This document shows, one piece after another, positions 30,753 to 42,757 of a DNA stretch of 64,000 bases. Below the pieces are notes generated by a model. That model searched no databases. It worked only from the letters and a program-made list of their open reading frames with translations, and was not told the origin of the DNA. Position 1 is the stretch's first letter; every line of letters begins with the position of its first letter. The DNA is from Octopus vulgaris (lineage: Eukaryota). Where the stretch lies: assembly GCA_951406725.2 (NCBI GenBank), contig OX597821.1:102672001-102736000 (forward strand). The letters run 5' to 3'. Both the position numbers and the translations under genes were made by a program.

Positions 30753-30854
30753 CAATATATATATACTATCTTTTATTTGTTTTAGTCATTGGATTGCGGC
30801 CATGCTTGAGCACTACCTTGAACGTTTTAAGATTGGTACTTAGTCTTTTAGTTA

Positions 30855-31140
30855 AGTTACCCTCCGAGGCACAAGTTCAGGACCGGGTTGTTTATAGAAG
30901 ACCAGTAGTCGCCCATGCATACCAGCCTCCCCCTCTCTCAACGCCAACGATGTTATCCAAGGGCAAGGCAAAGTCCGATACAGCTTGGCACCAGTGACGT
31001 CGTAACACATTTCTACAGCTGGGTGAACTTGAGTAGCATGAAATAAAGTGTCTTGCTCAAGAACACAACACACAGCCCAATCCAGAAATCGAACTTACTA
31101 CTTCATAATTGTGAGCTCGATGCTCTAACTATTCAGCCAT
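30855..31140 (-). mobile_element. SINE family D
   Basis: Reverse complement of 12710-13012. Confidence 0.75.
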
Positions 31141-31244
31141 TATATATATGTGTGTGTGTGTGTGGGTGTGTGGGTGTGCTCCAGCATGGCCGCAGTCAAA
31201 TGACTGAAACAAGTAAAAGCGTAAAGAGCAATGTGTGTGTGTAT

Positions 31245-31585
31245 ACTGGAGCACCGCCTTTAGTCCAGGAAATCGACACCAGGACTTATTCTTTGTTAGC
31301 CTAGTACTTATTCTATCGGTTTCTTTTGCCGAACCGCTAGGTTACGGGGACATAAACACACCACGATCGGTTGTCTAGCGATGTTGGGGGGGGGACAAAC
31401 ACAACGCACAAACACACATACAGATATATACATATACATATATACGACGGGCTTCTTTCAGTTTCCGTCTACCAAATCCACTCACAAGGTGTTAGTAGAA
31501 GCCACTTGCCCAAGGTGCCACGCAGTGGAACTGAACCCGGAACCATGTGGTTTGTAAGCAAGCTACATACCACACAGCCACTCCT
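31245..31585 (-). mobile_element. SINE family B
   Basis: Collinear match to other family B copies, with an internal deletion. Confidence 0.85.
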
Positions 31586-31940
31586 ATATATATATATATA
31601 TAAAGGATCAAAGGTTCTTCCAAAGCTATATGTTCATAAGGTCGGTTTCTCGGGTTTTGCAGCGTATACAAGTCACACACACACACGCGCACACACACAC
31701 ACACACGCGCACACACACACGCACGCACACGCACACACATCACTCTGCAATCCTTTCAGTTCACCATTTTTATCTTATGTTTGTCATCTCAACTTTTCGA
31801 CAGTTCTCCGTTCAAATTTCCTGTCCCCAGCTTCGCATGTCCAATGAACCCCCGACATCTGTCTTCAATCTCCTTATCAGTTTAACCCTCCCAGCAGTCT
31901 GTCGATATAAAGCCGACACACCAGCCCTCAACAAACACAG

Positions 31941-31997
<57 letters not shown>

Positions 31998-32377
31998 CTA
32001 CTACAAAAGAATAGTTGAGTCTCTCAGACTACCGCTTAAGTCTCTAATCCATCAAATCTCATACTATTCCATGAGCAAAGCTAAGATGTTCGCTTCGCAG
32101 TCAGAGGATGCTAGGTTCGATCCTACATCGTGACATCTTGAGCAAGTTACCTTTTTTAGTATAAGCCTCGAATCATCCCAAGACGTGGGACTGAAATTGT
32201 AATTTAGGGACTGCAGGGAAAATCGTATGATAGCGAGTACCTGTAATTCACACGGCTACATCTGTTACATTGTCACGCTGAAACTAGTTAAGGGTGTATG
32301 TCACTGTGTCATACCCGCTAACTCAATGAGTAAGGTAGCTCGGGAGTTTGGGCCATTATATACGCACTCACACATAT

Positions 32378-32430
<53 letters not shown>

Positions 32431-32782
32431 CATTCACACATACACTCACACACACTCGCACGTACTCACATATATGTGTGTGTATACGATGCGCTTACTC
32501 ATAATTTCCGTCTATCAAATTCAATCACAAGGCATTGGTTAGCCCGCGGCTACAGTAGAAGACATTTGCCCGTATATATATATGTGTATGTGTGTGTATA
32601 TACACATGTACACGATAATACATACATTTATATATATATAAATGTATCATCTTGTACATATATAGTTATATATATATATATATATTTATATATACATATA
32701 TATATATATATAGATATATACATACTATATACATACATATATATATATATATATATACACATACATACATACATATATATAC

Positions 32783-32988
32783 ATCAAAATAAGCAACAAG
32801 AATATCCAGAAGTAATGCAGTACGATCGTTTAATGCAACTCCATTTAATTTAATAATGCAATAATTTCATCAACTTCAATGCAGAGCTATTCTCAGCTGC
32901 ACAAAGACAGAATTTAATTAAATTAAAACAGATGGACACATTAGTTCTTACTGCATTACCTCTGGATATCCTTGTTGCTTATTTTGAT
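32783..32988. mobile_element. Short element with 40-bp inverted ends and a decayed hammerhead (32816-32901, -)
   Basis: atcaaaataagcaacaagRatatccagaRgtaatgcagta occurs at both ends in inverted orientation. Minus strand reads TGCAG-CTGAGAA...TAAACGATCGT-A-CTGCA. Confidence 0.6.
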
Positions 32989-33068
32989 TTTAATCACTTT
33001 ACTTTGAAATTGTATGGATAATACCGTGCTAAATTCTGTTGCCTCAACTTAAGTACCATAATCATCTG

Positions 33069-33137
<69 letters not shown>

Positions 33138-33205
33138 ACATACACACACATACACACACACACATATATATATGTACATATATACATATATATACATATA
33201 TATAT

Positions 33206-33238
<33 letters not shown>

Positions 33239-33309
33239 CATACATATATATATATGTATGTATACATATATATATGTATGTATACATATATGTATATATG
33301 TATGTATAC

Positions 33310-33528
33310 AAGGCGGCGAGCTGGTAGAAACGTTAGCACGCCGGGCGAAATTCGTCTGTCGTTACGTTCCGAGTTCAAATTCCGCCGAGGTCGACTTTGC
33401 CTTTCATCCTTTCGGGGTCGATAAATTAAATACCAGTTACGCACTGGGGTCGATGTAGTCGACGTAATCCCTTTGTCTGTCCTTGTTTGTCCCCTCTGTG
33501 TTTAGCCCCTTGTGGGTAGTAAAGAAAT
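33310..33528 (+). mobile_element. SINE family A
   Basis: Match to 2203-2434. Confidence 0.9.
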
Positions 33529-33550
33529 ATATATATATATATATATATAT

Positions 33551-35005
33551 ACCCAGCACCACGCTAATAGCTTAGGAGTGAAATTTGGGATTTCTCGGCT
33601 TTCTGTGAATCGATTTTGATAAAACTTTTCCCAGCTGGTTTGAAGACTATGGCAACACCATTGTTATGTTTTCATTATTCTGTGTAACGTCCTTTCTTTT
33701 TTTATTTCAGATTCTTCAATTCTTGGGTGAACCGCGTTAATAGCGTCTCTCCTACCTAAGAACAATGGGACGTGGAAAAAACCTTAACGATGAAGAAAAG
33801 TTCCTCATTATCACAGAAAGTACTAAAGGCACCTCTCTTCATGTCATTGCAGAGACGTTAGGTCCTCATGTGGACACGGTTAGACGATTCCTGAAGGACC
33901 CTTCGGCAAAGAAGAAACGATTCGTTTGTGGGACCTCCAGTACTGTGTCAGCTAGGGATTTTAAGAATATTGGCCGCAAGTTACGTGGGAAATGTAGACA
34001 AACAAGCAAAACCATTTTCACTGCCTCTGGACTTCCTCATGTACCGAAAACCACCTGAAATTGCATCCTCGGGACCATAGCCGACGTGCGAGAATCCCTG
34101 AAACTGCCTCCTTTAACGCCCCTTCACAGGAGTTTGAGACCTCGATGGGCCCCAAAGTACATGACGTTAGACATGAGTTGTGTTCTGTTCACTGGCGAAG
34201 TCGGGGCGACCCTTGACGGACCTGGTTGGGTCTATTTTGGAGATGAGCGTCACCAACGTTTACGACATCAACAACAGAGTGGAGGAGTCATGTTATGGGC
34301 TGGTATAATTGAGGACAGACTTGTTGGCCCAGTCAAGGTGCCTAAAGTAACCTCAGCTCCTGAAGGAGATCTTGGATCCCTAGCTAGATGACATGCCACT
34401 GTCACTTCTAAGGAATCTTGCATTCATGCATGACAACGCTCCCTCCTGCTCTGTTAGGACCACTCAAACATTACTAGGGTCATACGGCATACAAGGTGAA
34501 AGGTTGATGATGTTGTTGTCAGCATCTCCGGATCTCAACCCTATTCAAAATCTTTAGTCCATCATTAAACAAGATGTTTATGCCGATGGACGCCAATTTA
34601 CGTCAAAAGATGTTTTATGGGCGACCATCAAAGCTGCAGCAGAGACAGTCCAACCTGCTACAATTAAGAAATTGACAGATTCCATGACTAATAGGATTTT
34701 TGAAATTATCCATCGAAATGCCGCTCATGTGGCTAAATAATTCATTGTGTCAATAAATGTTATAATATTATTTTAGTTTTCTGTTAAATATACACTCAAA
34801 GTATGCTTAATATGTATCATTATCCTTCATTTTCTGAAGAAAAAAAAATGTCTAGATGGGCTATTTTCATTCAAAGCTATTAGCGTGGTTCACCCAAAAG
34901 CTGAAGAACCTGAAATAAAAAAGCCGAAAGGACGTTATATAGAATAATGAAAACATAACAACTGGTGTTGCCTCTGTGTGCAAACCAAGTGGGAAGAATT
35001 TTAAT
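33551..35005 (+). mobile_element. Decayed Tc1/mariner transposon, DD37E (TRT-like), with IR/DR-type long TIRs
   Basis: Left IR about 33551-33745 with internal direct repeats ccRcgYtaatagc. 34877-35005 is its reverse complement (outer part lost). Transposase pseudogene inside. Confidence 0.85.
33765..34740 (+). pseudogene. Tc1-like transposase pseudogene
   Basis: MGRGKNL...HTH region; VLFTGE(D-site mutated)...LDGP; GVMLWAGI; FMHDNAP-(37 aa)-SPDLNPIQ(E-site mutated)NL*. In-frame stops and a deletion/frameshift. Ends with TAA at 34740. Confidence 0.88.
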
Positions 35006-35136
35006 ACATGAGTGACTCCTGGTCTCCTATAAACAACTTTCCCCGGACTTGTGCCTCGGAGGGTAACTTTCTAGGTACACTTCCATGGTCATTCATAACC
35101 GCAGGTGGAGGGGGGCACCTCTTTATATATATATAA

Positions 35137-35309
35137 AGGCACAGGTGTGAGTGTGTGAGTGTGTGGTAAGTAGCTTGATTAACAACTACATGGTTCCGGA
35201 TTCAGTCCCACTGCGTGGCATCTTTGGCAAGTGTCTTCTACTATAGCCTCGGGTCGACCAAAGCCTTGTGAGTGGATTTGGTAGACGGAAACTGAAACCC
35301 GTCGTATAA

Positions 35310-35346
<37 letters not shown>

Positions 35347-35575
35347 TATATGTGTGTGTGTGTGTGTTTGTTTGTGTGTGTGTGTTTGTCCCCCACTATC
35401 GCTTGACAACCGATGCTGGTGTGTTTACGTCTCCGTAGCTTTGCGGTTCAGCAAAAGGGACGATAGAATAAGTACTAGGCTTACAAAGAATTAGTCCTGG
35501 AGTTGATTTGTTCGACTAAAGGCGGTGCTCCAGTATGGCCGCAGTGAAATGACTGAAACAAATAAAAGATAAAAG
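35137..35575 (+). mobile_element. SINE family B
   Basis: Collinear match to other family B copies. Confidence 0.88.
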
Positions 35576-35747
35576 AGAAGAATAATATATATTTATATAT
35601 GAAATTGTACGTAGGAACAGGTTAGAAGAAGTAACGTAATGTACTTCATTAGCTTACAGCTATTTCTGCTATGAGTTGCAACGCTCTCATAGCTGAGTAC
35701 TCGTTTACCACCTTATAGCAGAACCATATATATATATATATATATAT

Positions 35748-36142
35748 TCTTTTTATCTTTTACTTTTTTTAGTCATGAGACCGCGGCCACGCTGGGGATT
35801 GCCTTGAAGAATTTATAATTAAATGTATCGACCGCTAATTTTTTTTAAGTGTGGCATTTATCCTATCGACTTGTTTTTGCCGAACCGCCAAGTTACGGTG
35901 ACATAAACACACCGGCATCGGTTGTTAGGCGTTGGAGGGGGGCGAACACAGACACATATAACTATATATATATATATATACGACAGGCTTCTTTCAGTTT
36001 TCGTCTACCAAATCTACTCACAAGGTTTTGGTCGGTCCGAAGAAATAGCAGACGTCACTCACCCAAGGTGCCACGCAGTGGAACTGAACCCGGTACCATG
36101 TGGTTGGTAAGGCAAGCTTCTTACTACACAGCCACGCTTGCG
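35748..36142 (-). mobile_element. SINE family B
   Basis: Collinear match; inverted relative to 35137-35575. Confidence 0.85.
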
Positions 36143-36177
36143 ATATATATATAGATGTGTGTGTGTGTGTATGTGTA

Positions 36178-36241
<64 letters not shown>

Positions 36242-36312
36242 TTCATACAGTCATACATTTATATGTGCGTGATTGTGCGTGATTGTGTGTGTGATTGTGT
36301 GTGTGATTGTGT

Positions 36313-36369
<57 letters not shown>

Positions 36370-36736
36370 CCAATATTTTTGCTCAAAAGCTATTTACTTT
36401 TTGCAGATATGTGCCAAATGAATAACAAGCATACATCTAAAGGCCATATTGTTACTGAAAACAATCTGGTGTATGTCATAACATTGGTATTATCTTATAA
36501 AATACATTGTGAAGCCTAAAAGAAGTAAAAAAAAACACCAAAAAACAAAAACAACAACATAAACATTTTGCCAATTTATAAGAAAATGTGGTTAAGTAAA
36601 CACAATGGAATATGCATTAGAATGGGAATTATTATAGGATGAAATGGAAGTGGATCAAAATATAAATTAGAAGCTCACTGCGTGGCACCTTGTGAGGAGT
36701 TTTGCTAGACGGAAACTGAAAGAAGCCTGTCGTATG

Positions 36737-36781
<45 letters not shown>

Positions 36782-36808
36782 TCATAGATGTGTGTGTATA
36801 TATATATA

Positions 36809-36848
<40 letters not shown>

Positions 36849-36933
36849 CATACGACAGGCTTCTTTCAGTTTCCGTGTTTTTTGTATCGTCTTCTAAATG
36901 TTTTGCGTTCTTGTCCCAGTTTGTATTTTTTAC

Positions 36934-36980
<47 letters not shown>

Positions 36981-37017
36981 TATATATATATATATATGTA
37001 TATATATGAATATTTCC

Positions 37018-37065
<48 letters not shown>

Positions 37066-37067
<2 letters not shown>

Positions 37068-37503
37068 GCGCAGGAGTGGCTGTGCGGTAAGTAGCTTGCT
37101 TACCAACCACATGGTTCCGGGTTCAGTCCCACTGCGTGGCATCTTGGGCAAGTGTCTTCTGCTATAGCCCCGGGCCGACCAATGCCTCTGAGTGGATTTG
37201 GTAGACGGAAACTGAAAGAAGCCTGTCGTATATATGTATATATATATATATATGTATGTGTTTGTATATGTTTGTGTGTCTGTATTTGTCCCCCTAGCAT
37301 TGCTTGACAACCGATGCTGGTGTGTTTACGTCCCCGTCACTTAGCGGTTCGGCAAAAGAGACCGATAGAATAAGTACTGGGCTTACAAAGAATAAGTCCC
37401 GGGGTCGATTTGCTCGACTAAATGCGGTGCTCCAGCATGGCCGCAGTCAAATGACTGAAACAAGTAAAAGAGTAAAAGAGTAAAAGAGTAAGAGAGTAAA
37501 GAG
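37066..37503 (+). mobile_element. SINE family B, young full-length copy
   Basis: Nearly identical to 46304-46698 and 49810-50218. (GTAAAAGA)n tail. Confidence 0.92.
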
Positions 37504-37514
37504 TATATATATAT

Positions 37515-37717
37515 AGTTAATCCAAACATGAAATTACAAAAAAACACAGCAACACGAGGACGTGGAACAAATATAGTATTATTGGACGCTCAGGAAAGAA
37601 GGAAAGAAGGAGGGTTTAACGTTTCGAGCGGAGCTCTTCTTCGGAAACATAGAAGGAAAGATCCAGAGAAGGGAAGACAGAGGAAAAAAAATCGCCAACG
37701 GTACACACGCGGTCACA
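37515..37717 (-). mobile_element. Penelope-like pseudo-LTR fragment with variant hammerhead (37614-37648)
   Basis: GTTT-CCGAAGA-A-GAGC(TCC)GCTC-GAAACGT-T-AAAC. Confidence 0.6.
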
Positions 37718-38089
37718 GTTATGTGAGTCTTTGTGTCTGTGTTTGTTTCCCCACACCATCACCGTTTGAGAACTAGTGTTGGTGTGTTTACGTCCCCGTA
37801 ACTTAGCGGTTCAGCAAAGGAGACCGGTGGTATAAGTAACAAGCTTAAAAATAAGTATTGGCATCGATTTATTCGAATAAAAATTCCAGATTGTACTCCA
37901 GCATGACCGCAGTCGTATGCCTCTTTGTGTCTGTTACCCACCGCCACTTGAGAACCAGAACTGGTTTGTTTACGTGCCTTTGGGGTTTATGTGTTTATGT
38001 GTATAAGCATTGGGGTTTATGTGTTTCAAATAATGATACATGTCACTTCCTAAATCACGTATATAACTATTCTTTCATCCTTTCATTCA

Positions 38090-38437
38090 CTGGTTTCAGT
38101 CATTTTAACTGCGGCCATGCTGGAGCATCGCCTTTAGTCGAATAAATCGACCCCCAGAACCTATTCTTTGTAAGCCTAGTACTTGTTCTATCGGTCGCTT
38201 TTGCGATGGTTGGGGCGGGGGGATGGACAAACACAGACATAAATACACACACACACACACACACATACATACGACGGGCTCCTTTCAGTGTCTGTCTACC
38301 AAATCCACTCACCAGGCTTTGGTCGGCTCGAGGCTGTAGTAGAAGACACTCGCCCAAAATGCTACGCAGTGGGGCTGAACCCAGAACCATGTGATTGGGA
38401 AACAAGCTTCTTACCACACAGCCACACTTGCGCCTAT
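38090..38437 (-). mobile_element. SINE family B
   Basis: Collinear match with an internal deletion. Confidence 0.85.
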
Positions 38438-38519
38438 ATATATATATCTAAATATATAATCCCATATAAATATTCATGCTGAATAATTGGAAGTTAATAG
38501 AGACAAGTTTAAACATGTG

Positions 38520-38903
38520 GAAGCACTCCGTCGGTTACAACGACGAGGGTTCCGGTTGATCCGATCAACGGAACAGCCTGCTCGTGAAAAATTAACGTGT
38601 AAGTGGCTGAGCACTCCACAGACACGTGCACCCTTAACGCAGTTCTCGGGGATATTCAGCGTGACACAGAGAGTGACAAGGCCGGCCCTTTGAAATACAG
38701 GGTACAACAGAAACAGGAAGTAAGAGTGAGAGAAAGTTGTGGTGAAAGAGTACAGCAGGGATCACCACCATCCCCTGCCGGAGCGCGTGGAGCTTTAGGT
38801 GTTTTCGCTCAATAAAGACTCACAACTCCCGGTCTGGGAATCGAAACCGCGATCCTACGATCGCGAGTCCGCTGCCCTAACCACTGGGCCATTGCGCCTC
38901 CAC
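38520..38903 (-). mobile_element. SINE family C, full length
   Basis: Homologous to 11236-11618. tttaaacRtgt is duplicated on the flanks. Confidence 0.88.
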
Positions 38904-39124
38904 TTTAAACGTGTATTGATGTATTAAATGACGGAAGTCTATTAGAATCTAATTTCTGTATTCATTAGTTCCTCTTCTTCAGCTTCCGTGTTAGATCCTA
39001 ACTCTTCATTTGTGAAGCTACAATAATTAAAAGAGATGATGTTTGTTGTTATGCGGTTTTGCTCTTAATGCAAACGGACTTGATCTTGAAAGCATTTTGT
39101 ATCTGAGTAAAAATGAATATTAGT

Positions 39125-39740
39125 TTCTGCTCTAGGCACAAGGGCCGAAATTTTTGGGAAGGGGGCCAGGAGATTAGACCGACCTAAGTACGAAACTGGT
39201 ACTTAATTTATCGACACCGAAAGGATGAAAGGTAAAGTCGACCTCGACGGAGTTTGAACTCAGGACGTAAAGACAGACGAAATACCTATTTCTTTACTAC
39301 CCACAAGGGGTTAAACACAGAGAGGACAAACAAGGACAGACAAATGGATTAAGTCGATTATATCGACCCCAGTGCGTAACTGGTACTTAAGTTATCGACC
39401 CCAAAAGGATGAAAGGCAAAGTCAACCTCGGCGGAATTTGAACTCAGAACGTAGCGGCAGACGAAATCCCGCTAAGCATTTCGCCTGGCGTGCTAACATT
39501 TCTTATTTACTCTTTATTGCTCACAAGGGGCTGAACATAGAGAGGACAAACAAGGACAGACAAAGGGATTAATTCGATTACATTGACCCCAGTGAGTGAC
39601 TGGTACTTTATTTATCGACCACGAAAGGATGAGAATCGAAGTCGACCTCGGCGGAATTTGAACTCAGAACGTAACGGCAGACGAAATGCGGCTATGCATT
39701 TCACTCGGCGTGCTAACGTTTCTGACACCTCGCCGCCTTA
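39125..39740 (-). mobile_element. Head-to-tail array of three SINE family A copies
   Basis: Three Nin-like cores at about 39220, 39405 and 39625. Confidence 0.85.
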
Positions 39741-40254
39741 ACTATAAAATGTGATATTGACCAATGTGTACCAATTTACTGGACAGGCAATACTTGGAGT
39801 GTTATCGATACGAAAGTACGTTTTATCGATCAGATTTCCACCCGGTTTTACTTAAAGTCAAGTAATCCGGCTAGAAAAGCGGTTTATTATTGGCTGCTGA
39901 TACACCAAGTTCTCCTAAGATGAACCGGGTCAGAAAGTAGGTAGGTGTATAAAATAAACGGGTAGTGTCGCACCCGCAGTCTCATATTACCTTCCCTTTT
40001 CCCGTATTCGTTTTACGCACCTCGTTCTTGGCGTATTCTTAATGAGAACCGGGTATTGATTCAGTAAGGAAGTACGCAATACACTCCTTTGCTGCACGAA
40101 TATACAAACACGTATAACATCGCATACATACACACACACGCTCAAGCCCACTGGTTATGTACGTGCGCATATATATACATATATATAAATATATGTATAT
40201 ATACACACACACACACATATATATATATACATTTATATACATATATATATACAT

Positions 40255-40300
<46 letters not shown>

Positions 40301-40366
40301 TTATATGCACGTATATCACACACAAATATATATATATGTTATGCTCATATATAATATATATATATG

Positions 40367-40418
<52 letters not shown>

Positions 40419-40828
40419 AAGTGTTAATACATACATTCATACAGACAGACCTACAGAAGAGACGTATATATATATATATATATTTATATATATACACACA
40501 TACACATATATGTTTATAAATAAAACGAAACTTGATAATAAAGTCTGTATGACTATAAGAAAAATATGTGAAGACAAGGTAGAATACGAACCCATGTCTC
40601 GTAATAGATATCTCAACCTCTCCTGATCTCAAAGTCTTCCTTTCTTACCGTACGTATGCGCGCACACACACACAAACGCACACGCACATAAGCACACACG
40701 CACATACACACTCACATACATTAATGTTATTGACCTTACATCTAGCCTGCTGCGTCGGTGTTATTACAGGTTTGTGATCGCTGATTGCAATCTGTCAACA
40801 CAAAACAATAGCAGAAGGCCTGTTGTAT

Positions 40829-41232
40829 AGGCGAAGGAGTGGCTGTGTGGTAAGTAGCTTGCTTACCAACCACATGGTTCCGGGTTCATTCACACTACGT
40901 GGCACATGGGCAAGTGTCTTCTACTATAGCCTCGGGCCGACTAAAGCCTTGTGAGTGGATTTGGTAGACGGAAACTAGAAGAAGCCCGTCGTATTTATGT
41001 ATGTATGTGTATGTGTGTATATGTTTGTGTGTCTGTGTTTGTTCCCCCACCATTGCTTGACAATCGATGGTGGTGTGTTTACGTCCACATAACTTAGCGT
41101 TTCAGCAAAAGAGACTGATAGAATAAGTACTGGGCTTACAAAGAATAAGTCCTGGGGTCGATTTACTCGACTAAAAGGCGGTGCTCCAGCATGGCCGCAG
41201 TCAAATGACTGAAACAACTAAAAGAGTGAAAG
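40829..41232 (+). mobile_element. SINE family B (followed by a family A copy at 41270-41497, -)
   Basis: Collinear matches to other copies of each family. Confidence 0.88.
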
Positions 41233-42544
41233 AATAACCCTAATAAACAGATTTATACTTGAAGTATTGGTTTCAAATTTTGGCCCAAGGCCAGCAGGTT
41301 CAGGGAAGAGGGAAGAAGGAGAGGTTAAGTCGATTACATCGACCGCAGTACTCAACTGGTTCTTATTTTATCGACCCCCAAAAGGATGAAAAGCAAAATG
41401 GACCTCGGCAGAATTTAAAACTCAAAACGTAAGGACGGATAAAATGCCGCTAAATATTTTACCCGGCGTGTTAACGATTCTGCCAGTTTGCCGCCTTACC
41501 TATATTTGTAATATAAATTGTCTTATGTTTATTATGGAATTGTAAATGTATTTCAGTTCTTAATGGAGTTCAAGTCTGACGCTAACAAAGTGACAAAATG
41601 GCTTTTGAGTTAACACTTTTCCCGGGATTTGAAAAATATGTAGTTGAGTAAGTGTGTGCATATACATGTTGGTGTGTGCACTTGTATGTATAGTCCGTGT
41701 GAATATGTCACTTTAGTACTTAAGCGTTTGGACTCGTGTATACGCGTTTGTGTGTTTGTGTGTGCTTTATTACTTTTAGCATACGTATTTTTGTAAATGC
41801 ACATAACCAACAATATGCATATATTCATTTAACGGATCTCGAAAAGTCTTAAGAATTTCCTTAGGGAACCCTAATAGATTGTATTTGGAGTATGTGCGTC
41901 AGTTTTTTTTTCATAGCTTTTCTAGGTTTTGGGGGAAATCCCAGATTACATAGCCTAATGCACTAATGATGATAGGAGCAAATGAAAATTTATAACCAAA
42001 GTATAGGACCTATACGCCTGAATTTTTTTTTATATTTTGGGTTTTATTTAAGTATTTCTTGAAAGAGTTCAAACCGGTCGCTAATAAAGCGACAAGACTT
42101 TTTTTTGAGTTCAGAGAGTTCTCGAAGTTTGTAAATATGTGGTTGAGTTGGTGTGCTGGTTGAACTGTCGATGCATACACACAAGGGTGTGCATCTATTC
42201 ATTTAAAGAATCTCAGATGGAAATTTTTTGGGATGCCTTACATATCTTTACTGTGCCACTGATGGACTGGATTTGGAGAAACAGTTTTTTCTTGCTCTTT
42301 TTCCATGAAACCGAGTATTTCTATTAGAAATATTAAATTTCTAAATATCTTAGAGAAATATGAGCGGTGGTGGAACGATAGAGCGATTGTATACTGTCAA
42401 CTTAACGTGACAGTCCCGTAAAGGGAATCACACCACCGCTATTTAGCCCTAGGAAGCATCGACGCTTCCTGTCGGCTTTGACACATTTCCTGTGTCCTTA
42501 TATTTGCGAAGGGGAGACAAGCATCCCCACCAGCTAGGCCAGCA

Positions 42545-42590
42545 TCTAGAGACATGCACGTTTCTGAGTCTTGCTCGTCATCAGTCTAGA
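42545..42590 (-). ncRNA. Type I hammerhead ribozyme motif (near-canonical)
   Basis: TCTAGA-CTGATGA-cGAG(caaga)CTCa-GAAAC(gtgcat)GTC-TCTAGA: 6-bp stem I, intact CUGAUGA/GAAA core, quasi-palindromic stem III, GUC cleavage triplet. The first pair of stem II is a C/A mismatch. Confidence 0.8.
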
Positions 42591-42713
42591 GTAGCATGGC
42601 CTGCTAGTTGAAGATGCTTGTAAAGCCTTCGCAAATATATATATAATCAGTGAAGTTTATTCACTGATCACCGAAGGCTTTACAAGCATCTTCAATTAGC
42701 AGGCCATACTACC

Positions 42714-42757
42714 CTAGACTGATGACGAGCAAGACTCAGAAAATGCATGCCTCTTGG
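42714..42757 (+). ncRNA. Second, mutated hammerhead copy in the opposite arm
   Basis: CTAGA-CTGATGA-cGAGcaagaCTCa-GAAA-ATGCAT-GCC-TCTTG; stem III and the cleavage triplet are damaged. Confidence 0.65.

Noticed and set aside
38830-38903. tRNA gene-like sequence (also other SINE heads)
   Set aside because: A and B boxes run into a SINE body; no complete cloverleaf or terminator.
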